Shown piece after piece: positions 29,508-41,763 of a DNA stretch of 64,000 nt. A program made the position numbers and the translations under genes. The notes under the pieces are model-generated. The model saw only the letters and a program-made list of their open reading frames with translations, did no database searches and was not told where the DNA came from. Each line of letters starts with the position of its first letter. Position 1 is the stretch's first letter. The DNA comes from a virus. The stretch is from IMG/VR virus record IMGVR_UViG_3300017565_000003; one strand, given 5' to 3'.

Positions 29508-30308
29508 GTGGTAGTTTTGTTAAATAGTCCGATTTCATGGGTGGGAGGAAAACATAGATTGAGAAAACATATTATTCCTTTATTTCCAGAACACACTTGC
29601 TATGTAGAGGTGTTTGGAGGAAGTGGTACAGTTTTATTTGGCAAAGAACCTTCGAAGGTTGAGGTTTACAATGATAAATTTGATTTATTAGTAAATATGT
29701 TTAAAGTATTTAAAGATAAACATGAAGAATTTCTAAAGGAAATTGATTTAACTCCTGTTTCAAGAACAATATTTAATCAATTCAAGATGGATTATTACAA
29801 TCCAGGTGATTTCAATGATGTTCAGAACGCTGTTAGATTTTATTATTTATTGAGAGCTGGATTTGGATCAAGTTTACCTGACATGGGTGGAAGTGGATTT
29901 GGAATACGTACTGAAAGTATATCAAGACTAAATTTGAATAAGGTTGAGAAAGATGTTAGAAATACATATGAACGTATCAAGCGAGTATTCATTGAAAACT
30001 TGGATTTTGAAGAATTGATTAAACGATATGACAAAGAGTATACATTATTTTACTGTGACCCTCCATACATAGAAAGCCGAGAATACACATTGAAGTTTGG
30101 TGAAGATGAACATAAAAAGTTGTCAGATAAACTACATAACATTAAGGGTAAATTTATCTTAAGTATAAACAATCATGAATTAGCTTACGACTTATATAAA
30201 GATATGAATATATTAGAAGTTAATCATAACTATTCAATGCGGAAAAACACACATAACACTGACTGTAAAGAATTAATTATTACTAATTTTGAAACACAGG
30301 CAAATTAA
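29508..30308 (+). CDS. Dam-like (D12 class) DNA adenine methyltransferase
   Basis: SWVGGK, YVEVFGGSG, YCDPPY. Confidence 0.9.
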   Translation: MVVLLNSPISWVGGKHRLRKHIIPLFPEHTCYVEVFGGSGTVLFGKEPSKVEVYNDKFDLLVNMFKVFKDKHEEFLKEIDLTPVSRTIFNQFKMDYYNPGDFNDVQNAVRFYYLLRAGFGSSLPDMGGSGFGIRTESISRLNLNKVEKDVRNTYERIKRVFIENLDFEELIKRYDKEYTLFYCDPPYIESREYTLKFGEDEHKKLSDKLHNIKGKFILSINNHELAYDLYKDMNILEVNHNYSMRKNTHNTDCKELIITNFETQAN

Positions 30309-30344
30309 ATAAAAGGAACATTTGATCGAGAAAGGAGAGTCTAT

Positions 30345-32886
30345 ATGAAACTATATAGAGTCGATACAGATAGATGGAGCAGCAAAGAATTTTCTGATTT
30401 GAAAGAAGCTGAAAATAAATATGAATACACAAAAGATCAGGAAATGGGAGAAGGAGTAGACGAAGATAGCTACGTACAATTAGTGTGTAGTGAAGATAAT
30501 TTTGAAGACTATGAAGTAATTAAAATAGCAAGAGTTGAAGTTGATGAAGAAAGAATGAAAATTAGTACACCAAAAGATGAAGGTTATGATTGGGATTATT
30601 GGGCTAAGTGGAAGGAATACACTGAATGAAATACATAGAGAAACATTTTGTGGGCTTTGTCATTGATTTCTTCGTAGGATTGAGTTATGCGACTATCTGC
30701 TGGATTTTAAAATCAAGTTAAAAGACAAGTTTTAACGTTTGAAAGGGGAGAGAAGATGAAAGAAATAAAGATAAATTTAACTAAAAAACAAGAAAGTTTC
30801 CTTAAAGAATTTGCTGAGAAACACCATGAAGGAGCACATGATAACCATTGTACTTGTGATCCACTACATATAGTTGAAACAAAGAGATATAATTACATTC
30901 CATACAGTAGCGATTTAACAGGATATTATGATGACGACACGCTTACTTTTACATATGATCAGGATTATGAAGTTTGGTGGAACGATGAAACTGAATTAAT
31001 CAAAGACTATTACATTGATTGTAAGGAAGAGGATTGCCCAATCGAAATAAAACCTTTTAAAGAAGTGAGTTACACGAATTTCACAGGAGTAGATGGTGAA
31101 GAAGATCTAATAACAGAATGGCATGAGTATTTTGAAGCATACGGAATCAAATGGCATGCAATGGCCTGGAGAGAATATCATTGGGAAAAAGCAGCGTTCT
31201 TCTTTATTAGAGATGAAGCAAAGCGTTACATAGAATACCAGAGACATAATCTGAGAGAACCTAGAGTTTATACATACTCCCCTGGTTATGCAAATTACGG
31301 TGACTTTGTTCCATTTAGAGATTTATTGATGAGTATCGGTAAGCAGTTGAACAAGGAAGGGGAAATCAATGAAGACTAATATTTTCATGCCGGAGAAAAT
31401 CAATGTTGGATTTCAAAAGAGAGATAGTACATACACTGGTAAATTGGCATACATAATTTATTTTGATGAAAAAGGAAATCTGCGAAAAGAAACCTCTTGG
31501 AACAGTTGGAGAGATAAATCAATTGACAATGAGATACATGAAAATGTTCCAACTTCAGGATTTGTTTTAAATAAGAAAGCAGGTGGATATAGCACCGGTT
31601 GGAATCACAGACAAACTTACGTAAGGGTTTATGATCCAAGAGGATTTGAATTTGAAATTACAGTCCCCAACCTTTTATATATACTTGAAAATGCAACTTC
31701 GACTAAAGGAAAAGGATTAGAGGGTGACTTTGTTTATGGCTGGGATGGTAAGGATTTAGTTTTAATTCCCACTGAATCACCAGACTATAAAGAGATTACC
31801 AGTTGGAATGAAAAGGTTCATAGTCAAATTAAACTTAAAGGTAAAGATTTAATATTAGGTGCAACATATCTAACTAAAGATAATGAGGAATGGATTTATT
31901 TAGGTAGATATGATAAATGGGAAACTGATTACGACAATAAGTATATAAATGATGAGGGGCATACTGTATATCCTGATATTACAAAAGGCAAAGCGTATTT
32001 CTTTAAAGATGAAAGTAGATACGGTGATGGGATAACAACAATCAAGTCATTAAATAAGTTCATTGGAGTTGTTTCAGAAGAGTGTGTTGAAAACTTTGCC
32101 GACCTAATGGATAAAGTAGAAAGAAATACATATTATTCACCTATTGATCACACCAAAGATGAGTATTTACCTTATACCCTTGAAGAATTTAAAACTAAAT
32201 TCGAGATCAAAAGTTGGGATGTTAGTTTTTACACTCCAGATGGAATTTCAATAAAAGTTAACAGAGAAAAATATGGCACTTCAACAGATAATTTAAAAAT
32301 TGAAAGAAAGGTTGAATATCAGAGAGAAGGATATTGGCGTTCAACTTATACAGATTGGAAATATGAATATGAGGAAGTTGGTAGTGTAGAAGATTTGTTT
32401 GAAAAATACAAGCCACATTATTTAAATAAATACTTAGCAAACGGAAAATTATATCGGGAGGGAAAATAATATATGAGTAATTCAAATGATCAAAGAATAC
32501 TAGAATTAAAGAAACAAATTGAAGCTAAGAAAGAGAAGCTAGGAAAGACAACAAGATTTTCTCCAGTGACAAATTGTTCATTAGAGTTAGATGGAGATAG
32601 ATATAACATCCAGGCCTTAAATAAAGAACAGTTAATCATGCTTATGGTTAAATTAAATTCTTATCTAATTTCTGCAAAAGCATTAGAAGTAGCTGAAGAT
32701 TTCGCTATCAGTGGCTATCATGTTTCAGACTGGATAGGAGATATTCAGGATAAAGTTGAAATCTTAGCAAGAAAAGATGAGGAAAAGCAATTGAAATTAA
32801 TGGAAAGTAAGTTAACCCAGTTATTATCTGAGCGAAAAAAAGTTGAGCTGGAAATTGATGAGATTGAATCATTGCTGAAAGATTAA
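30345..32886 (+). other. Hypothetical phage proteins (30345-30629, 30756-31379, 31369-32469, 32473-32886)
   Basis: Long co-oriented ORFs, last three translationally coupled. Confidence 0.7.
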
Positions 32887-32919
32887 GTTAAAAGCAAGTT
32901 TATATAAAGGAGGAGAAAC

Positions 32920-33117
32920 ATGAAGATAATTACAAAAGATAATTTTTGCAGAGACTTATTTACTGAACAAGTTATTGCGGAAAATGTTAACGAGGTTATT
33001 GGTAAAGAGTTGGTAAAGGAATGGAACGAAAAACATTGGAATCAACACTCTGATTATTACTTAGCTTTAGTTGATGATGAATATGAGCTATATGATGGAT
33101 ATGCTGATTTACTATAA
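32920..33117 (+). CDS. Hypothetical protein, paralogue of 25666-25872
   Basis: High visual identity; flanked by boundary repeats at 32889 and 33115. Confidence 0.75.
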   Translation: MKIITKDNFCRDLFTEQVIAENVNEVIGKELVKEWNEKHWNQHSDYYLALVDDEYELYDGYADLL

Positions 33118-33153
33118 AACTTACTATTTAACTAAAAGAAAAGAGGGAGTAGT

Positions 33154-33798
33154 ATGAAACTTAAACCAAGGTACTATAAGTTTCTGCTCAAAGCTCTCAT
33201 AGGAATTGTACTTTCATTCACACTACTAACTACGTACCGAGCAGCAACATCGGAAAACGAAATTGCACCAACTAGAATTATCCAGCATGATGGACAGATA
33301 TCTAATTCAGAATACATAATTAGCAAGGAATTAATCTTAGGAAAACTTCAGTCAAAGAGTGAAATCGTCTCAGTTGAACAAGAAATTAATAAGACAGATA
33401 CTAAAGTAGATGATGGATTCTTTGGCACAAGGTCGACAGAAATGAACGTCAGTGGTACATATAAAATGGGAATTAGCGTTGAGAACATACATATTACATA
33501 CATAGATAATGACAGTAAAACTGTTTACATAGAGCTAGGAAAACCGGAATTAATTAGCCTTGAGATTCCTTATAGCGAAGTTGATGTAGAAAAAGTTAGC
33601 GGTTGGCTTCGTTTGAGCATGTCAGAGGAAGAAACTAAAAACTTTTATAAGACAGTACATAGCAATATCAAGAAAGAAATACTTAACGACAAAGAAATAA
33701 TGTCACAAGCCAATTTAAACAATCAACGTGTTATCAAGGAATTGATTATCAATCTACCAGGCGTAGAGCAAATTGTTTTCTCGGAGGTGCTACGATGA
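33154..33798 (+). CDS. Membrane-anchored DUF4230-like protein
   Basis: N-terminal TM; GTYKMGISVENI..VYIELGKPELIS pattern. Confidence 0.6.
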   Translation: MKLKPRYYKFLLKALIGIVLSFTLLTTYRAATSENEIAPTRIIQHDGQISNSEYIISKELILGKLQSKSEIVSVEQEINKTDTKVDDGFFGTRSTEMNVSGTYKMGISVENIHITYIDNDSKTVYIELGKPELISLEIPYSEVDVEKVSGWLRLSMSEEETKNFYKTVHSNIKKEILNDKEIMSQANLNNQRVIKELIINLPGVEQIVFSEVLR

Positions 33799-34190
33799 AC
33801 TTTAGAGAAGAAGTAAAAATGGCAGTCGAGGAATCATTGAGAGGGTACGGTGCTTCTGAATCAGCAATTAGATTTGCTTTAATCGGAGTTGATACAGGGT
33901 TCTCTGCGGGGACATTAAATGACTCTGAAAGAGAAGTTCAAGTTGACATGTTAAAGGCACTATTAAATACAGAAACAATTAATTAAAAGTAAACTAAACA
34001 GTTTTAAAAGGAGTTAAAATGGAAGCGAGTAAGTGCTATGAGTTATTGCAGCAATATGATAAATGTGAAGATTGCCAGACTAAGGATCTTACTGTAGACG
34101 TACATGGAAATGTGTTTATACGAAGTTGTAAATGTGGTTGGAAGATTGAAATTAAAGATAAATGAAAAGTTTGTGAAATTTGAAGTCTGA

Positions 34191-34214
34191 AAAACGTTGA
34201 TATTGTTAGGTTTT
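34191..34214. repeat. 24-bp quasi-palindrome, 28 nt before a boundary repeat
   Basis: AAAACGTTGATATTGTTAGGTTTT flanked by GTTTGTGAA/TTCACAAAC. Confidence 0.65.
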
Positions 34215-34260
34215 AAAATTGAATTCACAAACTAAATCTAAATAAAAACATACTTTTATT

Positions 34261-35087
34261 GTGAAAGGAGATTATTTATTGGCATATAAATATACCAGTC
34301 CATTAGAAAAAGGATTTCATAAGTTTAAATTAACCAAAAAGCAGCACAATGACATCTTTAAATACCGCAAGATAAGATGGACAGATGAATACGAATATTA
34401 TTACAATGATAATTCAATTCTTCTACATAAATTTTATAGCTGGAGAATTGTGGCTCTGTCTACCGTATTATTTCCGGTAACAATTTTCCTTGTTGGAATT
34501 CTTAATATAAAAGAAGCGTGGAGAGACTTGATCAAACTGTATAAGCAGAAAGAGTCAGGATCATTTGTAAGTGAAGTAATATGGAGTAAGGATGAAAAGT
34601 ATCAACAGGTTTTAAAGGCTATGATAAAAAACTTAAAAATAATATAAATAAATTTAACAAATAGGGTTTACAAAGATAAATTTATCTATTATAATCAGTA
34701 TATAGTCAGTTAAGGAAAGGAGTTGAGAAGTTGAAAACAAAGGTTTTAAAATTAACACAAGAGGCATTTAACTACTATAGAGAAAACACCAATGAGCGAA
34801 ATAAAAACATTACATATGATCAAGCTTGTAAGAAGATTAGTAGAAACGTTTTGTTAGCTAAAGAAGTTAAACTGCGAGACAAGTTTCAGAGATTGACAGG
34901 AATGAAACTTTATCATTATGGCAACTTGCATATTTATCTTAGATGGAACAGAGTAATCAAGCTAGTTAATCATAAAGGTGGAAAACATTATGGTGGCTGG
35001 CAGCAAGATATTATGAAACATATTGAACTAAGTGAACAATTAGGAATTGAAGATAATAAGTACAGCAAGCAGTTAAACTTTAATTAA
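34261..35087 (+). other. Two hypothetical ORFs (~34279-34647, 34731-35087)
   Basis: ORF track with RBSs. Confidence 0.6.
34667..34695 (+). promoter_or_regulatory. SigA promoter with operator, upstream of the replication block
   Basis: TTTACA-17-TATAAT enclosing AGATAAATTTATCT. Confidence 0.75.
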
Positions 35088-35243
35088 ATTATAACACAAA
35101 TTTTAAGGAGGTGAGAGCATATCGACATTAATAAATCACCACCAGGCTAGATACAATTAGCTTTTTACCTAGAACACATACAAGTAAAATTAATTATTTA
35201 TAATATAAAAATACAACGGATATTATTAGGAGGAAATACATAT

Positions 35244-36491
35244 ATGGCAAGATTATATAACTCATTTGAATTCATCGGTAACATCAACATTCCAAAGGAT
35301 AAAAGTAAATTCCATGATGTACGTGAGAGTGCATCTGGTTGGGTAGGACACCGATTAAACTTTGGGGTACAAGAATCAAAAACAAACAGCGCATTTGTTG
35401 AGTTGTACGGTGGTTATTCTAAATCAAAGCCTAACAAAGTGTTTACATTCAGTAAAGGAACTGAAAGCGAAAAAGGATCTAAACTTGAGATTCCTTGGGA
35501 TGAGCGTTTAAATCCTGAGACACTCGATATGGTTGCTGACTTCAAAAAGATTGTAGTTGATTTAACGACTGACTTTGAATTGAAAGAAGAAGTTAATCAG
35601 ATCCTTTATCAAATTAGAAGTCTTGAATACCAAGATAAATTAACTCCTGAAGACCAAGAAAAATTATCTTCATTAAAAAAGGAATTAACTGAAAAAGCTG
35701 CTGACCGTCATGAATTCATACATAACTATGATGCAATTGAATTCCTATCTAGCAAACTAGAAGATTATAAGGAATATAAATTTAGATTAACTGGTAGTCT
35801 TGACCTAAGTGCGAATAAAGGTAAGTTCTACCGTAAGTTTAATCCAGAATTAATTGAAATTGTGGAAAATGATACACCTTCGCAACTAAGATCAACTATG
35901 GATATCTTCTTTACTAAAGATGCTGTAGATGACAAAGACTTCAATAAAGAAAAGAAAGTTTTCATTGATGGATATGTACTTGGTTATGACAGTGGAGTTA
36001 AGAAAGATCAGTTCTTCCCAATGCAATTTGTAATCAATGGTCAGAAGTTAGACTTTGAAAATGAAACTCATGTCAAACGTTTTGAATTCCTTAAAAATAA
36101 ATTTAATGTAAAAGGTAAAGGGGTTTACCATCTTCAATGGTTAGTGAATATCTTCCGTGGAGCTGATACGGTAGAGTTTACTGAAAATGATTTAACACCT
36201 CAACAAAAAGAAGCAATTGAATTTGGATTTAATAAACTAGAAGATTTTGCTCCAAAAGGTGGAATGCTTGGGGAAACAGTTTACGAAAATCGACTAGTAA
36301 AACCAACTCTTGAGTTAATTAATGATGCTAATGACTTCAGAGAAGGTGCAGTTGAATCTACATATGAGCTAGACGATTTAGACTTTACATTTGCAGAACC
36401 ACAAAGTAAACCTGCTGAAACAGTTGAAACTAAAACTGAAAGTACTCCTAAAGTAGATATCGACAAAGATTTAGATGACTTGTTTGCATAA
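35244..36491 (+). CDS. Putative single-stranded DNA-binding protein (YorF-like position)
   Basis: First gene of replication block; acidic C-terminal tail DIDKDLDDLFA. Confidence 0.5.
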   Translation: MARLYNSFEFIGNINIPKDKSKFHDVRESASGWVGHRLNFGVQESKTNSAFVELYGGYSKSKPNKVFTFSKGTESEKGSKLEIPWDERLNPETLDMVADFKKIVVDLTTDFELKEEVNQILYQIRSLEYQDKLTPEDQEKLSSLKKELTEKAADRHEFIHNYDAIEFLSSKLEDYKEYKFRLTGSLDLSANKGKFYRKFNPELIEIVENDTPSQLRSTMDIFFTKDAVDDKDFNKEKKVFIDGYVLGYDSGVKKDQFFPMQFVINGQKLDFENETHVKRFEFLKNKFNVKGKGVYHLQWLVNIFRGADTVEFTENDLTPQQKEAIEFGFNKLEDFAPKGGMLGETVYENRLVKPTLELINDANDFREGAVESTYELDDLDFTFAEPQSKPAETVETKTESTPKVDIDKDLDDLFA

Positions 36492-36556
36492 AAAGAAGGG
36501 GATTTCCCCTTCTTGTAAGTAAAATAAATTAATTATTAAGAGGAGAGATTTATAAT

Positions 36557-38698
36557 ATGGGTAGAAAATTTGGTAAAAAGAATGTAATTAAAATTGATCC
36601 ACTTGCTTATAACGTTGGACTAATTGGAGAATCGGGAATTGGTAAAACAACATTAGCAGTTGAATATTGCGAGCAATTAGCAGGTGAAGATGGATACATT
36701 TTAGCTAACATTGGTAAAGAAGATGGTGTAGATGCTATTCCAAATGCTATTTATGAGAATATTCCTGACTGGGAGACTTTTGAAGAGTTTGTGGAAGATA
36801 TTGTTGAAAATCGTACAACAGATTACAAGGATTTAAAAGTAGTTGTATATGACACTATTGATGAGTTATTCCGTATTGCAGAACCGGAAGTGATTAGATT
36901 ACATAACAAAGCACATCCTGATAAGAAAACTACTTCAATCAAAGCTGCATTTGGTGGATTAACCTTAGCTATATAAGTCCACATATATCAGTAATGGTAT
37001 ATTAGAAAACTTTGTGAACTGTGATTGCAAGCAGGTGTCTATTTAACGATTAGTAACAGTAGGAAATGACTGCTAATAAATAGGCTAACAGGGGAAGCTT
37101 AGTCGTTTAGATATGCTAATCCTGTGGTAAGCATGTTTGATTAGAAATAAATTTAATGGAGGTGGCTAGTTTGCCACGAAAAATAGATGTTGTTATAGGA
37201 GATAAATTTAACAGACTAACGATAATTAAAGATTTGGGGAAAAGACAGGTTGGATCTAGTGGTGAATATCAATATGTATTAGTTGAGTGCGAGTGTGGAA
37301 ACAAACGAGAAATGTCATTTAATGATGTTCGCCAAGGTCACAGTAAGTCTTGCGGTTGTTACAACGTTGAGAAAATTAAAGAAAGAATGACTAAACACGG
37401 TCATTCGAATACAAGATTATATCGCATATGGAAAGATATGAGAAGACGTTGTAATAATCCAAGTAGAAGGAATTATCCAGACTACGGTGGAAGAGGTATT
37501 GAGGTTTGTAGTGAATGGAATAACTTTCAAAGTTTCTACAACTGGTCATTGGAAAATGGATATGAAGAACATTTGACTATTGAAAGAAAAAATGTTGATG
37601 GAAATTATGAACCTGGTAATTGCGAATGGATACCTCGTAAGAAACAGAATGGTAACACTAGAAAAACTAAGCATTTTAAAGCCATTTCCCCAAATGGTGA
37701 AATATATGAAACTAAGAATGTTCGTGAATTTTCACGAGAACATAGCTTAGACAGGAATGAAGTTAGTAACTGTTTGAATAACAAAAGAGATACATATAAA
37801 GGTTGGAAATTTGAATTAATATAAATAACATCTAATCAAACATGAAACTCAAGAGACTATCGAAAGGGTAGCTGAAAAGCGAGTAACCGAGTAGAGTAGG
37901 GTGGATTTTGCTACCACTCGAAGTGCAAAGTATCCCAATGGGATAATGATATAGTCCATGTCCATTAGAAATAGTGGGTAACATGTTATGGCTGGAGAAG
38001 ATAAAGCTATTGAATTAGTATTAGAAAAGATTTGGGAACTGAAATCAGTTGGTGTATCAATGATGATTATCGGACATACAAAACGTAAAAATCAATCAGA
38101 CGTTGCAACTGGTGAAGAATACGAAACACTTACAGCAAACTTAACTAACCGTTACTTCAATGCAATTAAAACTAAATTACATATTCTTGGTGTAGCTTCG
38201 ATTGATCGTTCCATTGAAAAACAACGTATTAAGCAAAAAGTTGGTGCAGACAAGATTGTTGGTAAAATTACAGGCGAAAGTCGAATTATTACATTCCGTG
38301 ATGACAACTTTAACATTGACTCTAAATCACGTTTTAATGAAATTACACCACAAATTGATTTAGATGTAGATCAGTTTAAAGAAGCTGTGGAAGATGCTAT
38401 CAAGAAAGCACATTCTAAACAAAAAGGTGCTAAATCTTTAGATGAGACTAAACAAGAACAACAAAAAGCTAAAGAAGTAGAAATTGAAAAAGTTGTTGAA
38501 GAAACTAATCGTACTAAAGTCAATGCTGAAGAGAATGAAGAGTTAATTGAAGTGATTCAGAATAAATTTGCGAGTGCATCAGATGATGTAAAAGTTAAAG
38601 TAAAAGAAATTATGACTGAATATAAATTCTCATCCTTCAAAGATCCAGAAACTATTTCAACTGTTGCCTTACGTAATATCGTTGAATTAATAGGTTAA
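36557..38698 (+). CDS. P-loop AAA ATPase (YorG/Sak4-like), spliced: join(36557..36959,37986..38698), 371 aa
   Basis: Walker A GESGIGKT, Walker B VVYDTID; splicing restores KAAFGG-F-MAGEDKA. Confidence 0.8.
36960..37985 (+). ncRNA. Group I self-splicing intron
   Basis: P1: exon GUGGAU pairs with GUCCAC (36977-36982), U-G at splice site; P7 GACUAU/AUAGUC; terminal G 37985; ORF in a loop closed by CATGTTTGATTAGA/TCTAATCAAACATG. Confidence 0.85.
37156..37824 (+). CDS. Intron-encoded HNH-type homing endonuclease (start may be TTG 37171)
   Basis: RLYRIWKDMRRRC..YGGRGI.VC.EW..LTIERKNVDGNYEPGNCEW. Confidence 0.8.
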   Translation: MEVASLPRKIDVVIGDKFNRLTIIKDLGKRQVGSSGEYQYVLVECECGNKREMSFNDVRQGHSKSCGCYNVEKIKERMTKHGHSNTRLYRIWKDMRRRCNNPSRRNYPDYGGRGIEVCSEWNNFQSFYNWSLENGYEEHLTIERKNVDGNYEPGNCEWIPRKKQNGNTRKTKHFKAISPNGEIYETKNVREFSREHSLDRNEVSNCLNNKRDTYKGWKFELI

Positions 38699-38757
38699 TA
38701 ATTTTATAGGGGAGTGTTAATTCATTCCCCTTTTATTTATAAAACGGTGGTGAAATT

Positions 38758-39297
38758 GTGGCTAGAAAAGTAGTGTGTAAGATATGTAAAACAAAAGGTG
38801 AATCAGATAAGTTCTACAAAGTGACTGATGAAAAGGGTAGGAATTCTTATTATTGTTCTCAAGAGGAATATGAAAACTTGATTAATGAGCGATTGAAATT
38901 CAAGAATTTAATGGAATACGTAGCAGTAGAAATTCTTGAATATGAAGATGGTCAAATTGTTCCTCCTTCAATGGTGAAGAAAATAACTAAACTTAATGAG
39001 TTTTATGATTACGATGTGATTCATGAGTGCTTCAAAGTGAATAAAGAAACTATTCAGTACTGGATTAAGGTTAAAGATTTCTCTAGTGAATATGGAATGG
39101 CTAGTTATACTATGAAAATTATAGAGGGGAGTATAAATGACATCTATAACAAATGGAAGTTTAAAAAGCAGCAAGAAGTAAAACAAGAAAATACTTTAGT
39201 AGATTTGAGTTACATTGATCAAATTGAAGATAAACCAACAATTAAAACTAATAATGATACAGGAATCTTGTCATTCTTAGATGAGGAGGACATTTGA
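38758..39297 (+). CDS. YorH-like protein (possible helicase loader)
   Basis: N-terminal CxxC; position between AAA ATPase and helicase. Confidence 0.5.
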   Translation: MARKVVCKICKTKGESDKFYKVTDEKGRNSYYCSQEEYENLINERLKFKNLMEYVAVEILEYEDGQIVPPSMVKKITKLNEFYDYDVIHECFKVNKETIQYWIKVKDFSSEYGMASYTMKIIEGSINDIYNKWKFKKQQEVKQENTLVDLSYIDQIEDKPTIKTNNDTGILSFLDEEDI

Positions 39298-40272
39298 TTG
39301 GAGTATCGTGGAATTGAATTATCAGACAGTGTAAATTTATTTAATAAGGATAAACGATCTGGAACAATTAATCAAAGGATAAAAACTAGTTTGGACAAAT
39401 TAATTGATTTATTAAATGTTAATAATCACAAAATCCTAAGTGTATATTTTGGTGAAGATACTAAAATATTAATAGATTTCAATTGTGGTCATGAATCACA
39501 TTGGATTTCACCATCAAAGTATAAACTAGGAAGAGGTTGTCCAGGGTGTGGTAATTTGATTATTTCAGAAAAACAAAATAAACGAGCAAAAGATAAATTT
39601 ATACTATTAGTTGAAAATAATGGACATTTACTTTTAAGTGAGTATATTAATGCTAAATCAAAAATTCTTATAGATTATAATTGTGGACACAAACCCCATT
39701 GGGTTACACCAAATAACTATAAAAAAGAAAACGGAAGTGGATGTCCTAAGTGTTCTGGAAAATGTCCAGAACAAGCAAAAATAAATTTAACTAAATTAAT
39801 AGAATCAAATGGACATGAATTGTTAAGTAATTATGAAAACGCAAATACTAAAGTGCTGATTGAATTTAAATGTGGTCATAGTCCTTATTGGATTTTACCA
39901 AATGGGTATAGAAACGGACGAGGATGTCTTTTGTGTTCAGAATCGAAAGGAGAAAAAAGAGTGAGGGAATGGTTGATTACTAATAACATTCAATTTGATT
40001 CACAAAAAGAATTCGAAGGATTAATGGGTGTTGGGGGAGGGAATTTATCTTATGATTTTTATTTACCAAAACAAAATCTATTGATTGAATATCAGGGTGA
40101 ATTCCATGATGGTACTGCTTTTCAACAAACTGATGAGGAATTTAAAATCCAACAAGAACATGATCTTAGAAAGATGGACTATTCTAAAATAAATAACATT
40201 GAACTACTAGAAATTTGGTATTGGGACTTTGATAATATTGAAGAAATACTTAAACGTGAATTAATTAAGTAA
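39298..40272 (+). CDS. Free-standing zinc-ribbon repeat endonuclease
   Basis: Three CGH..W..GCPxC repeats; SKGE..YDFYLP..IEYQGEFH. Confidence 0.75.
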   Translation: MEYRGIELSDSVNLFNKDKRSGTINQRIKTSLDKLIDLLNVNNHKILSVYFGEDTKILIDFNCGHESHWISPSKYKLGRGCPGCGNLIISEKQNKRAKDKFILLVENNGHLLLSEYINAKSKILIDYNCGHKPHWVTPNNYKKENGSGCPKCSGKCPEQAKINLTKLIESNGHELLSNYENANTKVLIEFKCGHSPYWILPNGYRNGRGCLLCSESKGEKRVREWLITNNIQFDSQKEFEGLMGVGGGNLSYDFYLPKQNLLIEYQGEFHDGTAFQQTDEEFKIQQEHDLRKMDYSKINNIELLEIWYWDFDNIEEILKRELIK

Positions 40273-40288
40273 AGGAATGTGATTAGGA

Positions 40289-41755
40289 ATGAAACCACTA
40301 GATAGTTATCCTCCAGAATTGACAGCACAAAGAGATCACATGGAAGCAAATTTCATATTCTGCTTATGGAAAAATCCAGAATTATTTTCTGATTATGAAA
40401 AAGAAGTGAGAGCAGATAGAGATTTATTAACAGAAGACGGACGCTTCTATTATTCTCTTGCTTACGAGATGTACAAATTAGGATATAAGAGTTTTGATGA
40501 CGCTAGTATCTTCAGTTATGTTGAAGGTAAAGAAACTCTTAAGAATGGGTTTACCAGAAGGGGTGGTTACAAAACTGTTGATGAAATAAAGAGGATATTG
40601 AATGAGGAGAACATTGAAACTTATTACGATGAATTAGTTAAATTTAATATGCTTCTTAAACTACATGACAAAGGATTTAATGTAGTTAATGAGATTGATA
40701 AGTTTAAGAAAATGACAAGTGTTCAACTGTACGATTACTTTGAATACCAGTTGGACAATGTATTCTTAAATCGTGGAAATGGTGTAAAAATTGAGGACTT
40801 AGACTTTAATGATGACTTCATAGAAGCTTGTGATGCTGGAGAGGAAATGGGATTAAGTTATGCGGCAGCATGTCCTTTATTAAACTTTCACACTTTAGGT
40901 TTACATAGATCAAATGTACAAATATTTGCAGGATTTAGTGGAACTGGTAAGACAAGTTTTTGCATTAATTCATACATATTATCAATACTTGATCAAGGTG
41001 AAAACGTTACAATCATTGCTAATGAGATGAATAAACGATCTTGGCAACATATATTAATGGCCACAATCTTGAGTCAAAAGTTAGATTATTATGGTCTACC
41101 ACGAAAGAAGCAGAAAATGGGTAATTTAGCAGCTGAACAAAAAGAGAAGATGGAAGAAGCTAGAGAATATTTTAACGAACACTATAAAGGTAGGCTCAAA
41201 TTTGCAAAGATATATGATTACAGTACTGAAGATGTTAAAAAGATCATTAGAAAGATGGCTAAACAAGGTTTTAAATATGCGTTGTACGACACTTTTAAGA
41301 GTGAGGATTCATCTTCTGCACAAATGACTGGTGAATTGATTGAGTCGTCTAAACAATTACTTCAGGTGGCTGAAAAAGAAGATGTAGGAATTATCATAAC
41401 AATGCAGTTGGCAATTTACATGGAAAATACACGATATCTTACAGCAGCATGTTTATCTGGTGCAAAAGGAGTTAAAGAAATTGTTTCCGAATTAGTATTG
41501 ACTAGACAAGTTTGGGAGGATGAATTTAACGGGGAGAAGTATGATATCAAGCCATATAGATACAAGAAAGATTCAAATGGTAAATTCACAAAAATAAAAG
41601 AAGAAATTACATTAAAGCATGATAAAAAGTATATGATTCTATTCTTAGATAAAACAAGGAATGATGAGGGAGATACCACACTGCTTTATCAGTTTGATGG
41701 TGCTTGGAATAAATGGACTGAAATAGGTTATTGTACACCAAAGCATCAACGGTAG
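40289..41755 (+). CDS. DnaB-like replicative helicase (YorI-like)
   Basis: Walker A GFSGTGKT, IANEM, LYDTFK, TMQL, DKTRN. Confidence 0.85.
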   Translation: MKPLDSYPPELTAQRDHMEANFIFCLWKNPELFSDYEKEVRADRDLLTEDGRFYYSLAYEMYKLGYKSFDDASIFSYVEGKETLKNGFTRRGGYKTVDEIKRILNEENIETYYDELVKFNMLLKLHDKGFNVVNEIDKFKKMTSVQLYDYFEYQLDNVFLNRGNGVKIEDLDFNDDFIEACDAGEEMGLSYAAACPLLNFHTLGLHRSNVQIFAGFSGTGKTSFCINSYILSILDQGENVTIIANEMNKRSWQHILMATILSQKLDYYGLPRKKQKMGNLAAEQKEKMEEAREYFNEHYKGRLKFAKIYDYSTEDVKKIIRKMAKQGFKYALYDTFKSEDSSSAQMTGELIESSKQLLQVAEKEDVGIIITMQLAIYMENTRYLTAACLSGAKGVKEIVSELVLTRQVWEDEFNGEKYDIKPYRYKKDSNGKFTKIKEEITLKHDKKYMILFLDKTRNDEGDTTLLYQFDGAWNKWTEIGYCTPKHQR

Positions 41756-41763
41756 GTGAGCAT

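Noticed and set aside
36557-36976. Truncated ATPase pseudogene
   Set aside because: Explained by a group I intron with intact splice features
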